A DNA stretch of 52,977 nt, the filler included, from Bipalium vagum (Eukaryota): assembly GCA_037834085.1 (NCBI GenBank). It is 3 parts of 3 records of this genome, joined end to end, with 100 filler letters (N's around TTAATTAATTAA, not from the genome) between each part and the next. Parts side by side here need not be neighbours in the genome. Positions count along the whole stretch, not along the records: positions 1 to 19,799 come from JBBMKC010267571.1; 2 more parts are not named here. The stretch is one strand, 5' to 3'. The notes below the pieces were generated by a model. It made no database searches, was not told where the DNA came from, and saw nothing but the letters and a program-made list of their open reading frames with translations. Position numbers and translations under genes: made by a program. This document shows positions 1 to 14,200 of the stretch, piece after piece. Numbering within the stretch: the first letter of the stretch is position 1; every line of letters begins with the position of its first letter.

Positions 1-604
1 AGAATAACTTTTATTTAAATTCAGCTTAGAATCTAAGATTTTAAGACTTTTCTTAACGATTAGCAGTATTTGATATCTTAGTAATATAATATAAACCGGC
101 TTTCAATTGAAAATTGTAGGACTGGTCCCGATTCATATTAATTGTTATTATATAGTTTAGTTCTAAATAACCAAACGCGTCATGTCAGACAAGACTCAGT
201 TTGCAGTAACGAATATTAAATAAATTCTCAGGCTAAGACCTGAGTATCAAATATTTTTTGAGCTCTTTTCTTAGGTTTTTTTTGTTCATATTTCACACGC
301 TAAGTAGGACGGTAAAATATATTTGTTTTTCTTCACTGAGGACCTCTGAGCCTAAGAGCGAGAGGATGTTTATAAATAATAACTTTAATTAATAAAATTA
401 TATTCGGTCAGAATTGGTATCACTCATTTGTAATAAAAAGTTTTAATTCGATTTCAATAAAAGTATTAAACCTATCTCGTTAATTTAGTTCATTTAAATA
501 ATTTTAACGAACACAACCTTTTGCAACCTTCAACCGTTGAGACCTAAGTTAAACTCAAGCTCCGACTTTTAAAATCATTTTAACCACCCACTTAGGATCT
601 TAAC
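1..604 (+). mobile_element. LTR-like repeat, copy 1 (probably a solo or 3' LTR; 5' end outside the window)
   Basis: Reverse-complement homologous to 17225-17860 and 19352-19799; block 338-367 is 30/30 identical to 17458-17487. The layout is LTR-like: palindromic blocks, TATAAATA at ~371, AATAAA at ~433 and ~456, and a ...TAACA end at 604. No primer-binding site follows. Confidence 0.6.
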
Positions 605-1249
605 AAACCGATAGAGTTAAATAAAATAATTAATTAATTAATTTTCTTGTTTTGAAATAAATTTATTTTTATTTATGAAAAGAGAATTATTTTTGTGAAT
701 ATTATATGTATTTTTCAAGAGCATTTAATAAATCATACAAAATCGAAAAATCATTGAAAACAAAATATAAAGAAATTGCAAAAAATATAAATATGGCATT
801 TGTAATTTTAATTTAAAACAAAATCAAGTCCCTTTTTATAAGTACTAAAACAATCAGGATGATTTTTTAAGGAATATAAATGTGATAGAACATAATAGAC
901 AAAACATTTATGATTGTTATTTCAAATATATAAAATATAAGTTTATTTAAATGGTGACTTATATGATGACCTTACTAAAGATTTGTATGAATTTAAACCT
1001 ATTTTAATTGTATTTATATATTTAAAATTCTATCCAGATCCTGGAATTTTTTTTCGTCTATTTTTATTTAACTTTAAAAATAATTATTTTACATTTTGTT
1101 TTATTTATTATTTTAATTGGTTTTGAATAAAATGTAAATCATTATATTTATCATTTTTTATATTTACAAGTTAATATTGTTTTAATTTAAAATATTTTAT
1201 TTATTTCAACATATTGAACTCTATCTTCTGATCATTAAACTGCGTTAAA

Positions 1250-3190
1250 TAAGTCCATTATCCTCACACACTAGAAGAATCTCTAGTTTCTGACTCTGAC
1301 TACAGCGATCGATCTGATAAAGACTGCAATTATGCAAATGCCACCACTGACTCAGTTCCTACAGCTCAGTTCCTCCAACTTAAACCTCTATGAAGCTGGC
1401 GAATCCTCTGAAACTCTTTACACTGCTACCTCTAGAAAGAATTAAGTGCAATAAATGTGACAAAATCTACTTGATCAAAGAATCACTATCTGCCCCTAAA
1501 ATCACTCTCTTGAAAATCACAACACAGTAATAGATGAGTTCACCACCTTTCTTTGCTTCTGTTGCTCACTCTCTATGACCCTTTTCTGCTTTACAATAAA
1601 ATCGATGCTTAGAAAAATCTCAACCATAGAAAACATCTGACTTTCAACGACAAAATTCTGACTGTCAACACGAAATTCACAATACTTTCCTACACTGATG
1701 ATCTAGTTGTCTTTTGGGCTGATTCTAAAGAAATTGAACTAATTATCGAACTGATCAACAAAATCAACCTAAAATTTAGACCGAGTAAATGCGGATAAAA
1801 ATAGGATAGATTTAAAATTATATGAAGAGATTATCCCAAAATATCTTTCGAACAAAATACTTACTTCTATCTAGATATCCTAATATTTGGCCATCAAAAA
1901 CAAAAAAATATTGAAAAGATACCTGAGGAAATTATTAATTATTTTAAAATTATATGTGACTCTGACATTCACTCAAGCCAAAAAATAAATTTTTATAAAA
2001 TCTTCCTCCAATCTAAACTAGATTTCCATTTTTTCAAATAAAATTATCAATACTCAAACTCTATCATCAAAAAGTCAAAAGAAAGCTAAGGATAAAAATA
2101 AGGATCACGGTTCTGATGAAAAAATTATGGAAATAATTAAAAATAAAATCACTGATAACTACTCTCAGGGAACCAACAACAATTCTATCTATTTACCTTC
2201 AAATCTTGGTGGCCTTAATATTAATAAATCAATAGACGACTATAGGATATTCATGGACTTAAAATAATGAAACAGTGAAGACTTAACTTTAGGAACTTTA
2301 TAGTGACTAAGCTAATTTAAATTGTAGCCAAAAAGAAAAAACTAGAAAACTCAAAAGAAATTTAAAAAACTGTAATGACTAAGCGATAGGATAAGGGCCA
2401 AAAGGATCTTGCTGGATTAAAATAAGATTAAAATTAATAATTATAATAAATAACAACAATAAGGGTACTAAGAGAAACCTATAAAATAGACTTTGACTTT
2501 CTAAAGCTCGATGGTGAACTTAGGAACGCAATATCTCTAAACTGTTTTAACAATTGGAAAGCAAAAACAGCTCAATGTCTTCTAGTTCACCGATATTGTC
2601 TAAGTAATAAATCAAATAAAATTATTAATAATACTGATTAAACGATAGGCAATGACACTTTCTAATTTAAGCACGAGAGAATATTCTACCTCTATATTAG
2701 AAACCCAAAAAAATTAAGCTAAGCTCCCACTAATGTGTAGGAAATGCAATATTAATGTAGAAACTCAGGCCTACATCTTAAATAACTGTAAATTATTCCT
2801 CTTGAACAAAAATATAAAACTTAAAAATGTATTAGCAGTCTGTGGAAATTACTTAAGAGATATAGAATTCAATGTAGATATAGACTTAAAACGAATTGAG
2901 ATTAAAATATAACTAAACTAAGGCCAGATCTAATTATTAGAGATAAATAAAAAAGGCCACACAACATGGAAATTAACTTTAAGAATAAAATATAAAAATC
3001 TAAGCTTTCAGGTAAATCAAATTATAAGATTTCAAATATCACTAGATACAATCGTTATTAAAAAAAAATGACACTTCCCTTAAAAATATAGGTTTAAATA
3101 GAACTCAAATCAAAATACTGTAAAATTTATTAATTAAAAAGGGAATCCAAGAGTCATTCTACATAAACCTAAATCATGTATATAAGTAAA
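1250..3190 (+). mobile_element. Decayed RLE-class (R2/NeSL-like) non-LTR retrotransposon
   Basis: Motifs occur in the expected order across stops and frameshifts: ILSYTDDLVV (1691-1702, RT YxDD), NLKFRPSKC, IYLPSNLGGLN, CRKCNINVETQAYILNNC (~2736, CCHC-type knuckle) and LRPDLII (~2921, PD-(D/E)xK restriction-like endonuclease). Confidence 0.8.
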
Positions 3191-3999
3191 ATAAAACTAA
3201 CTTTGAATCTCTTGAAATATAAAAAAACTAACTAAAGCTTTTTTTGGTGCTTTTAATTTTTATTAAAAAAAACTTTATTATTACAATATTAACCTTAGCC
3301 ATAATTGTTATTAATTATGAACTTAATATACTAAAATATTTTTTCACTTAAAACTGACTTTATAATAGTATTCGACATTCCAAGATCTCTAATTACACGT
3401 AAGCCAAAATCAACCTATTAATATAACTTTTGAAAACATTATAAAGTATGACACTTTAATAACTACTAATAATTAAAAGTAACTTCTCATTACTTCATTA
3501 GACATTACCAACTTTCAATTTTAAGTCAACCAAATTTGTAAGAAAAATTTTTTTTACTACGTCTAATATTTAATAAAGACAATACCCTGTTCAAAGCTGT
3601 ACATAGTATCTCTCTACGTTTTCTAAATACAATGCACTATGTTATTGATAGTACTTTTACCGAAATCGAAACCTTAAAACACGACATAATCTTTCTTTGT
3701 CTATTTATTTTTGATTTAAACTTTTTTCTTTTTCTTTTTATTTTTTACTATCTCAGTTGATAAGCCGACATAGGAATAATAAAACAAATGGTTAAGTATG
3801 AAATATTAGCTATATAAATTTGAACAGAAGTACTGCCGTATCTATTGAATCATTAACCTGTAAATCTTTATTAAAAACCATTACTCTTAATATCATTTTA
3901 TTCTTGATTATATTATGTATTAATCTCTGTTCTCTATTTTCTTTATCAGTTTTCCACTCCATTCCTCTCTCAGTTAATAAATATTTAGAACATATTCAA

Positions 4000-4940
4000 A
4001 TGAGCGTTGATGGCAACCAAAGCAATAAATACAAAAAATCAAATTCAATATTCAAAACAAAGGAAGAAGATGATACATGATGCATATTTTCCCCGAACGA
4101 GGCTATTTATAATCTAGAACAGGTTCCGAAGAAGTGTTATAATTGTCACAAAATGCGACATTTGGCAAGTCAATGTCGAGTACCAAAGAGAGATTCTAGT
4201 GTGGGCCGAGATGAAGACCCTAACGTGGTACCAGATGTAGTTTGTAGAAATTGCAATGAGGTTGGGTATTTTGCAAAGGTATGTAAAATAAAAGTTTGTA
4301 AACATTGTAATAAAAGAGGGCATTTAGCAGAGACGAACGAAAAATCTACCTTAAAGAGATAATGTAAACATTGATAGGAAATTTCAATGTTTCGAATGCA
4401 AACAATATGTCTTAGTAAAAAGACTTCACAGAAGGTTGTAAAAAAATTGGCATTTTGAAATGCAAAAGTTAATGCTGTACGAGATATGAAGGATGAAGAT
4501 GAAATGGAAAGGTTGAGAATAGAAAATGATGAGTTGAGAAGACAATTAGCTAGGATAACTGGTTACGGAACAGTATTCATGATGAGATGTCAAGAAAATG
4601 AAATCAGAGTGTTGTCATGGAATTATTCTTTGGAGGAAAGAGTGGATACAAACGGCAATGTGCTTATAGCGTTGCTGGGTGTAGACCAAGAAGACTCTGA
4701 CTGAATTCCTGAAGGAAGGATCCAAACACAGTGCGTCCGCAAGAAATCAGTCAAGAAAGTAGGAGGATCCTACGAAGAGAGTATCTAATCAGATTGGCTG
4801 AAAGATACAGAAAGCAGCATGAAGATTAAGAGTACGATGAAACAACCAGAAAAGATCAAGATAGATTATTGTGATTGTTGGAGTTAATGGATCCAGGTAT
4901 GGAGACAACAGGAGAACCAGATGATTTGACCAGATGATTA
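4000..4940 (+). pseudogene. Decayed gag/nucleocapsid-like ORF with tandem CCHC zinc knuckles
   Basis: KCYNCHKMRHLASQC, VCRNCNEVGYFAKVC and VCKHCNKRGHLAE, plus a further broken CFECKQY-like knuckle near 4390. A coiled-coil-like stretch follows (4486-4704). Stops and frameshifts are present, and no introns are evident. Confidence 0.65.
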
Positions 4941-5292
4941 ACCTCTAAAATGAACTTAAAAGAATATTTTATTATGTTAATAATATTTGATTTTATACTC
5001 ATTCAAATTACTTAAGAAAATTATCAAATTTATTTAATATAAATTAAGAGTAACAATATATGAATTATTTGGAATATGAAAACCTTTAATCCCTTCATCT
5101 AAATTATAATGGTTATAATTGGATAATTTATATAATTAAGGTTGATTTACTTATGATTTTTTAAATTTTTAATGTAATAAAAAAATATTTTAAAATAATT
5201 AGTTTAAATCAATCTCTATAAATAATTAGATTTGAATTTTATATTATAAGATATTAAATTTTATTTAAAATTTTTTTATTGATATCCTTATA

Positions 5293-8200
5293 ATGATAAC
5301 AGGTAAATTTATTCAATGAAAACTCTAAATTCAATTTTGATACAACAGATAGTAAATTAAGTTTTTGTACATGCGGGCCTTTTAGACCAAAATGGATGAA
5401 AATGGTTGATAATATATATAAATCCAGTCCCAATGTATTTGAATATTCAAACTTGATCATAATCTTATTTTTAATGAATAGGATAATTCTAGCCACAGCA
5501 AATTGGTATATTTCTGTGTTCGAAAGCCTGAAAAACTAGACAGAATTGCTGCCTATTTGCAACATCATCTATCTAATAATCTGAATCGAAAAAATTATAT
5601 GTAGATTATTTTTAAACTTGATTGTTATTCTCATGTAATTTAAGAAATTTAAATTTAACAATGGATGCAATAAATTCGTTAATGAATGCTTGTCACACAC
5701 AACGATTGAATTTATTTGTTGTAAACTTCCTCAAAATGATCCAGTTATTATTAGAAAGTAATGTTCCAGATCTTCAATTGCTTGGCGGGCGAAGTGTAAT
5801 TAATTTTTATGAAGAAATATCTCACTGGAAACTAAATACATTTATTCAGTTTGTACAGTTTTCACAGATTTCCGAAGACACACCTAATTATCACAGAGAA
5901 TATGATTATTTAATTAATCATTTTGCTAAAATGGCCCATGACAACAGCGCAAACGAATCAGACAAAAACAAGTAATCAACACTTTTGTTATAGTCAATTC
6001 TCTGTAGTGTCGGTCAATAAAGTCTGTTTGTGTGTGTGCTTGCCTGAGTAATGATGAATGTGATAATTTGAGTAATAATTGACAGTTTAGACATCCTTAT
6101 TCACCAAAAAACGTCGTTATCGAGTGAATGATTTACTTACTAAAAATAAATGCTTTTTTCCATTCAATCAAACTAATAATTCAACATTTGTCTTAAGCTT
6201 ATGTCTTAGTTATTCTTACGGTAAATGATTTTTGTTTTTTCCAGGTTACGAGTGGCCGGTATCAAAGGAATCTACGGTGTCGTTCGGAAATCGACAATGG
6301 ATCAACTGCAGGCAAATGTTTTGGACGGACGATGTCTGAACATGATTTTACCGGCTCTACTATTTAATATGCACTTACCAGAGTGAGTACTGCTTTTCTC
6401 TTTTGCAAAATATACTCGTTCATTGAATTTTCTGAAATCGATTTTTTTATCCAGTCCCAATACTCGAGAGGACAGCAATTTTGACGAAGATCCATCAACA
6501 GAAGCCATATTCGTTTTCAAAGATATTATTTGTCGTGCTTCTTTCAGCAACATTCAGCCATTGATCAGCACTATTTTCACGTGAGAATTATCGATTTTAC
6601 ATTTCCCCTTCTGCATCTTCCTGTCTATCTCACATTTTTTGCTAACTTTGTTTGACTGAGATTTTAACCTTCCAGATATATCGACCAAAACAAATTGTGG
6701 ACTCCTTCAGATTTTACACTGTTTGTCATGGACAATTTCCTGGAGAATATCAGGGTAAGTAAAACACGTAGCCTATCTAAACTTTTATATTTATATATAA
6801 ACAACGATTTTGATTTGTCCTTTTTTATTGACTTGCAACATAATATTAGATTGAATTGTTCATTTTATTAATTTTTTGTATGATCTGATTATTTCATAAG
6901 TCTTAAATTTAAAGATATTTTATTTACTATAGTGAATCAATTAAATTTTTTAATTAAAAAAAATCGATTTATATTTCATCGATCCATCAATAGTTACAAA
7001 CATTACTATTTTGGGTTTCTTTTGAGCATGAAAACACTCCAAACAAGTGAAAAGTAGATTATGTTGATCTGTCTATTATTCTCGGTTTACTAAATTGAGA
7101 TGGGTGAGATTCCATTCCAATCTATATGAGATTATTTCCCCGGAAAGATGGAAAATATATGGCAGTTTTTGGGTTGTAATGCTTTGAAAGTCAGTCTGGA
7201 AAATTGAAAACTCTCTTTCTGGTGCTTATTTTTTGCTAGTAATTAAATATACTCTTTCAGTAAATGCTCTATGATGGAATCTCTTTCCTTCGTCTTAGGG
7301 GATTTTTTCTGTATTCAACAAAATCGATTCACAAATTTACTATTTTAAATATTTATGAGAAAGAGAAATATGTATTTACAAGTGTAACATTTGGTTTAAT
7401 TTCATAAGTCGAATTGATTTTCAAATGTGAATATGAATGATTTTCTAATGGGTTTTGAAAAAAATATTTTAAATATTTTTTTTATTTTGATTTATGAGTC
7501 GTTTTCTTTATATCAGCGATAAACTTTTTTGACAAACGAGAAAATAATTGGCAAGATATATCAAAATTCACTGGCTGCTGATTTCGAGGATTTTTTAATG
7601 AAATATAAAATACTTTAGATATTTATATGATTATAAGAACCTGATTATATAATTGTGGTGGCAGTAATAATAATATTTCACAAACGTGAGAATTATTGAT
7701 TGCCATTGTAATCACTATTAAATGGACATTTAATATTTTCAGAATCCTCAAGCGGCACATGCACTAATGAAACAGCTCGTGTCACATTTGGGAAATGAGC
7801 ACCACCAATTCACGACTCAAGAGAGAACTGGAATTGTGAAGGCCATCAACAAAACTGTGATCTCATTGGCATCCCAAGCAGTGGGACCTGACATTTTCCT
7901 CAATTTTAAATCTTTACTGCAGGTAACATTTGATGGTAAGATGTGTTACAACGTTTGTTGATGGGTTGCCCTCTTGTGGCTACTTTATTGTAGATTCTTC
8001 GACAAAGTATAGAATCAACTGCGAATCAGCAATCATTGAGAAAAGCTGAGAATAAATCAATGAATACGGAAACTGGTGCAGTGGATCAATCAGTTGACAA
8101 TCAAGATTCCGAAAAGGTGTTCCAAGAAGCAATAATAGCAACGATCGCGGAATTTGCCAAAAATTTACCTGATACTCAAAAAATTGAAATTATGAAGTTT

Positions 8201-11200
8201 ATTCTAAATTTCGACTCAATGTATTTGTAAGAATTCACTTTATTGATAATAATATTAAAAATAATATCAATAACGTTTTAAAATCTTTGAAAATTATTGA
8301 TAAATTTTCTGTTTTGATAAAATAACTCTATTGGTATTTTGTTGAATTTTTAATTTATCGATCTTATTATATAATTAATTGAGTCTGTGTATGAATTCAG
8401 TGATAAAGCAAATCGATCTAAGCAACTGATTCGAGTATTATTGAAAACAATGTTACAGGTCGCTACTCAATACAAAACTGGATCGATTTCCAATATTTTC
8501 AATTCGGACTTTCTCAATTTACTCTTGAACGGAGTCGCAGTTGATCGAGATCCGGGAAATCGAATATTTGTTCAAAAAATCTTACACACTCTTATCGATC
8601 GACATAACAACTCGAGACACTTGAACGAGATCAGGTAGTGGACATAAACGGAAAATCGGTCCTCATTTTTTCATTGGCTGTTTTTTATCATTCAGAATTT
8701 ATACCAGAGAAAGCTTGTTGGATTCGCTCCAGATTCAGAAACCTTCTCGACAAGATATAATATTTATGAAAAAGGTGAACTGGGTTTTTATTCTCATTTT
8801 ATACTTAATCGGAGATACACTTTTATTTGATTGTAATTCTTATTTAAATATCACACTTTTCTTTAATAATGAAAATTTTGATTTTTTTATATCGGCGCAT
8901 AGATTAATTTGGTAATCAAAACAGAGATTCAAATTTTTAAGTTCGATATTCGTTTTTCTTCAGTTGCTAGGTAAACTACGATCCTTCATAGGCGTTTCTT
9001 TTATTGCAACCACTTTTCAACTTTCATATCTAAATGTTGACGTAAATGATAATCTTTGGAATTAGAGAAAACTACCTGATTTACTCAATAGTTACAATGT
9101 CTGATTTAGGACTAATTTTTATAAATATTTTTGCAAGGTGTACCTAGAAATATTTTACCATGATAATTCGTCATTAAAAGATTCCTTGTCGGCTTTTAAA
9201 CTTTGATCCCTTACTAAATTATAGATAATGCCAATTTGTTAAAAGTCTACTGAACTTCTCAATATTTTCCAGTCCCATGTTATTTATTGTACAGAGCAAA
9301 TAGTTGATATAGATTTTTTTTATGTGTATAAATGAAACACTTTAGATAAGTATTGATTTTTTGTGAATAAGTGCTAGTCAACATCACCCTTAAATGTTCA
9401 AGTATATTAAACAATGTACCCTCTTAGAAAATCTTGAAATATACATGTAACAGTTTCAAAGCAGTTATTAAATTTGTGATTAATGAGTCTTATTGTCTTT
9501 TATAATAAGGTAATTAATATATTAACAAAGTTCTTTAGTTTTATAACAATAGCTCTGATTTATCTGTTTGAAGTGATTCAAAGTATCTCAAGAAGGTAAT
9601 TAAAAACAAAATTTTCACCTGATATTGATTTTATTAATTTTTACCTTGACATAGGAAAAATACTTAGCTGTAATACGTTTATAACGGATTAAATTATAGG
9701 GCCGATTATTATCAAACAATATTAATTGCTTTCAAAAAAATTAATTTCATTTTTCATATTTGTTAAATTTTTATTCTGATTCGAATTCATTAATACATAA
9801 TAATTTTTCTAGACCGGGGCTATAATTATAGAAAATTTGTTTGTGCAGATAATCGACCAAACAAACAAAGTCGATAATCTTGAACATATTTATTGTACAC
9901 TGTGCTTGATTGCTCTTGAAATGGGTGCAGATCAGGTTTTAGAGATATTAATGATAATGACAAGACAATTAATTCTTGCCTTAGGTAGTGGTAGATTTGT
10001 TTAGATTGATTTTCGGGGCACAAAGCTATATATCTGATCCTAACAATAGAATGCCGGTTACTCACCAATGTGCCATTCATGCTCTTTTGGCTGCATTCAT
10101 AACAATGCTCTCTTTAATTGTTGAATTAAATAATGTCTATCAGCACTCGAATGAGGTTAGTTTCACGATCTTATCCACAAGAATCTTTCAATTTTTGGAT
10201 GGTTTATTGTTTAATGTTCATAATTCTTAAATAATCTATTTGATGTTTTATAATTGAAAAAATCTGGTTTCACTATTTATTTTGGTGATGGCGTAATTTA
10301 AATTATTATTTTTATTATAGTTTTGTGAAATTTTATTTATCACATAATTTATCACTACAAAAATAAAAACATGTCTAAACAAAAATTTGTTATTTAATTA
10401 AATCTTCTTTATTACTTTGTTCCGGTCCATATTTTCTAATGGTTTTAATAAGAGATTTGGATGATTGTGATAAATTGATATCAATAATATTATGATTGAT
10501 TATTAGTAAAATATAAAATTGAACCAGTAAATAAATTTATTAAAATATTTCAACATTGTGCTTGTAATAGTTGGAATGGTCCTCATACTAATTTGATCAT
10601 GTCCGGAAATGTGTGCATGAAATAGATCTAAAATTGAGATCAGAATAGGATTCTGGTAATTATCTAAAAATTCTTCATTTTTTATTGGATCAGAATAAAT
10701 CAATAATTAATCAGAGAATCATTCTAAAACGTAAATTTTTTTGATATGGAAAATACTTTTTAAAAAAATTATGATATCAATATCGAAGGGTGATAAAAGT
10801 TCAAAAATTTGATTTGTAATGGTCATTAGAAATTTATATTTATATTAAGTAAATATTTGATGTAAAATTCTAATTGAAATTTATTGATACGCACAATTAA
10901 CGAAATTGTGTTTGTATTTAACGAACGAGAATATTTGTTTAAAAAATAAACAAAATAAAGCCTTAAAAAAATAAGGATTGGAAAATATTTAGATCGGCAT
11001 TTGATGGAAAATTGTTATATTATTATAGATTGAGTTATTGAATTTCCTATTTATTGATTTATTGATTCGTGTAATTTACCAATTCAGGTAATACGTCTTA
11101 GACAAACAAAAGCAAAATATTTTCTTCCCGACCTCGCTTTCAATCGGTCAAATACTGCCAATATGTGAGTAAATATAAATAAATATTTCCCCATAAATGT

Positions 11201-14200
11201 AATTGGTCAATATTAGCTTGTATTTATGTTTTCTTATTTCACTATTTTGATAATCTCTTGATCGATAATGGTCTGAAGCGAAAGTATCGTAATAAATGCT
11301 CTGACTAACTTTTGTCATGAAATTGGATTTATTTTCACTCTCTTTTCAACCTGATACTTTTTTTAATACAAATTATATTTATTTGGTTCTAATTTTCATC
11401 GATTTTCTTGTTTTAAGATATCCTACTAAAATTGAACTTGATGAAAAATTGGTTTTTTCCGAGGCATTGGTTAAAGAGCAGTTAAACAATTGCGGATACG
11501 ATTTGTCGACATTCGATATACCCTTTCATGCTAAAGCCGGAGAGCAAAGGACACTGTTGCGTTAGTAGTTGATATTTATTGAACTGTGACAAATTTATTG
11601 TTACGTTAATGTAATTGTTTGTTTTAGTATCAGCCCCGAGGAAAGCATCCATTTTTGCCTGTTGGTTAAGTTCTAATTTAATTAATTGTGCACTGCCCAG
11701 CAGTGTCTCGCTTTGCCTTATAAACTTATTATATTCATTTCTTGATTGCTTTGACTCTTACATTTGGAATGGGCTTCAATTAGTAGTGAACCATATCCAG
11801 CTGTCGTGTGTATGTTTGTGTAAAACTTATTAATTGCGTCCTTGACTGTCCACTGTTAGTGAACAATTCTTGTATTGTTGGATGATGAATGTTTGACGAT
11901 GACGAAGCATGTAAACCACGGAACCTCTTCTAAATCAGTTTTATCCACTGAACTTAAGATAAACTTTGAATTGTCGAAATCCAAAAATTCCTATGACAGA
12001 AATGATTATTTGACAGTAATGAGGATCAATAATACTAATAATAAATCGATAATAATGAAAAATATTTTTTCATGAAATTCAGTTTCTTTAAGAATGATCT
12101 TTAGAGATTGTTGATGAAAGTTTTCTGGTATTGATTTCGGTTTTTAATATTTGATATTCTTATTTCACATTAATCCATTTTTAATATCGATTAGCTGAAC
12201 TAAACATTGATATGGAAACTTTGAATTTTGATGGAAATTGATTTTTGCACTTTTAAATCCTTGATTGGTATAATCTTGTAAAGAGTTCTTGAACGAACAT
12301 TCCATGGAGCTAATTTGGTCTTTTCAGAGTATTAAAAACTATTGTAGTAGTTTCAGTTAGTCAAAAAATATTTATGTGGTACATCTTGGTTAGAATCTGA
12401 GTGATATGAAAAGTTTGTTTTCTTTTTGTTTGTTGAAATGGAATTTTCAATTTTCTGAGATCTATCGAATTTGATATTGAAAGGTCTGTCTGTGAAATAT
12501 ATTGTTAATTACAAATTTTCTTGGTAAAATAAACTGAAACTTAGAAATTCTAATTAAGTGATCAGAAAAGAAAATAAATAATTTATAATTCAAATTTGTA
12601 TAGTACTTATTACCAATAAATAATACAAAAATGATAAAAATCTAAAGTTAAAAATTTCATTTATTTAACATTTTTAAATTAAATTTTAATTTATCAAGAA
12701 TAAAAATCAATAAATGTATGACTTCTTCTAGAAGACCCTTATGTCTTCAGATGTCCAAAATCATTTTTTGATTTCATTAACCAAGAGTAAAATTCAATTT
12801 ACCGAAAATTAAAAAATCAATAGATTATGAAAATTATATTTTAAGAATGAACTTTGAATTTTTTAAAAATAAAAGCTGAGCAATTCCAAGATATTTCAAG
12901 ATACAGAAAAGCTTATCTTGTCACATTTTCATAATATATGGTCATTAATTTAGGATCAAAATTGTTTTCATATAATATTTATCTATTGTTGACTTTGATC
13001 CAACCGATATGAAATCCAATTATCAAGTAAACCGTGATAAAATATTTATCGAAATAAGACCAAAGATTAATTTTGATCTCTGTCCAGATAATGGCTCATT
13101 TATTATTCAAAGATTAAATTTACAAACACCTTTATTTTATCCATGGGGAGAAATTCTTACAACTTTATTTTCTAAAATGTGTAAATAAAATCTTTGATAA
13201 AAAAATCGTACAAATAATTTATAGAAAACAACTTTAAAAAAGAACGATGGAATGTTTGTTTGTTAACGGTCGTGGGTTTTTCTAATCTTTTTAAAATTAA
13301 TTTATGACAATTATTGAATTTCATAGACTTTTTGCTTCCTTACATTCGTGACATTTTTAAGATTAATTTTCTAATTTTAAACATTATCGGATTTTATTAA
13401 TATTTTATTCACAAAAACAATTTTCAGTTTCTTTTTCTTATTGCCTTTCTTTTTCAACTCTGAAAATTAAATAAAAACTGGATCTTGGAAATTGTTTAAA
13501 GAATTCAATCGATTTTTTTTCTATGGAGTTTAAAATTCAATTCTTTTTCAAGGCGTCATTTGGTTTGCTTTAAGCAAAAGTTCTTTTTTTAACAGATTTT
13601 ACGAAATAATTCTTGTATTCATATCTGTTGTTTCAAGTCATAGGAAAATTTTCTTTTTCTAAAAACTGAGACAGGTTCTGCAAAAATATATTCTTGTAAA
13701 CAATATTTTAAGAACCAAAAGTGCCTTTATTGTAGAAACTTAATTTATTATTTTCAATTTTTTCCTTTCTAAATTAATTCTGCCAATTGTCTTTAATTAA
13801 TGAGTTGTAACAAACTAATCAAAAATAAGAATATCTTTAAGCCACGTTTCAATATCTTCGAACATGCTTATTCTACTGAATAGCAGATTTGAAATTCTCT
13901 GTTTGCTGATAATTGACCTAGTCTTCGGAACGTTTGATGATGGTTTTAGATGATCTTTATGCAATTATGCCACTAAATCGCAATTAATCTTCATTTATGC
14001 ATCTAACTTTGCATTTTCGTAGTTGCATATACATTGTTATAAATAATGTAACTTGTAGTGCTTTTATTTGCTTTCAATTTGTCAGTTAGTCTAGTTTTTA
14101 CAATTCAAATATTTAGAATTAATATATTATTATCATTATTATTATTTTCTAAATTTGCGGACATATATTTGTGTTGTTTTAATTATTTTATCCTTTCTGT

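Noticed and set aside
14023-14047. Additional EFR3 microexon candidate after a CTAAC branch-like site
   Set aside because: It has stops in phases 0 and 1, and the remaining phase needs weak downstream acceptors. Not supportable without transcript data.
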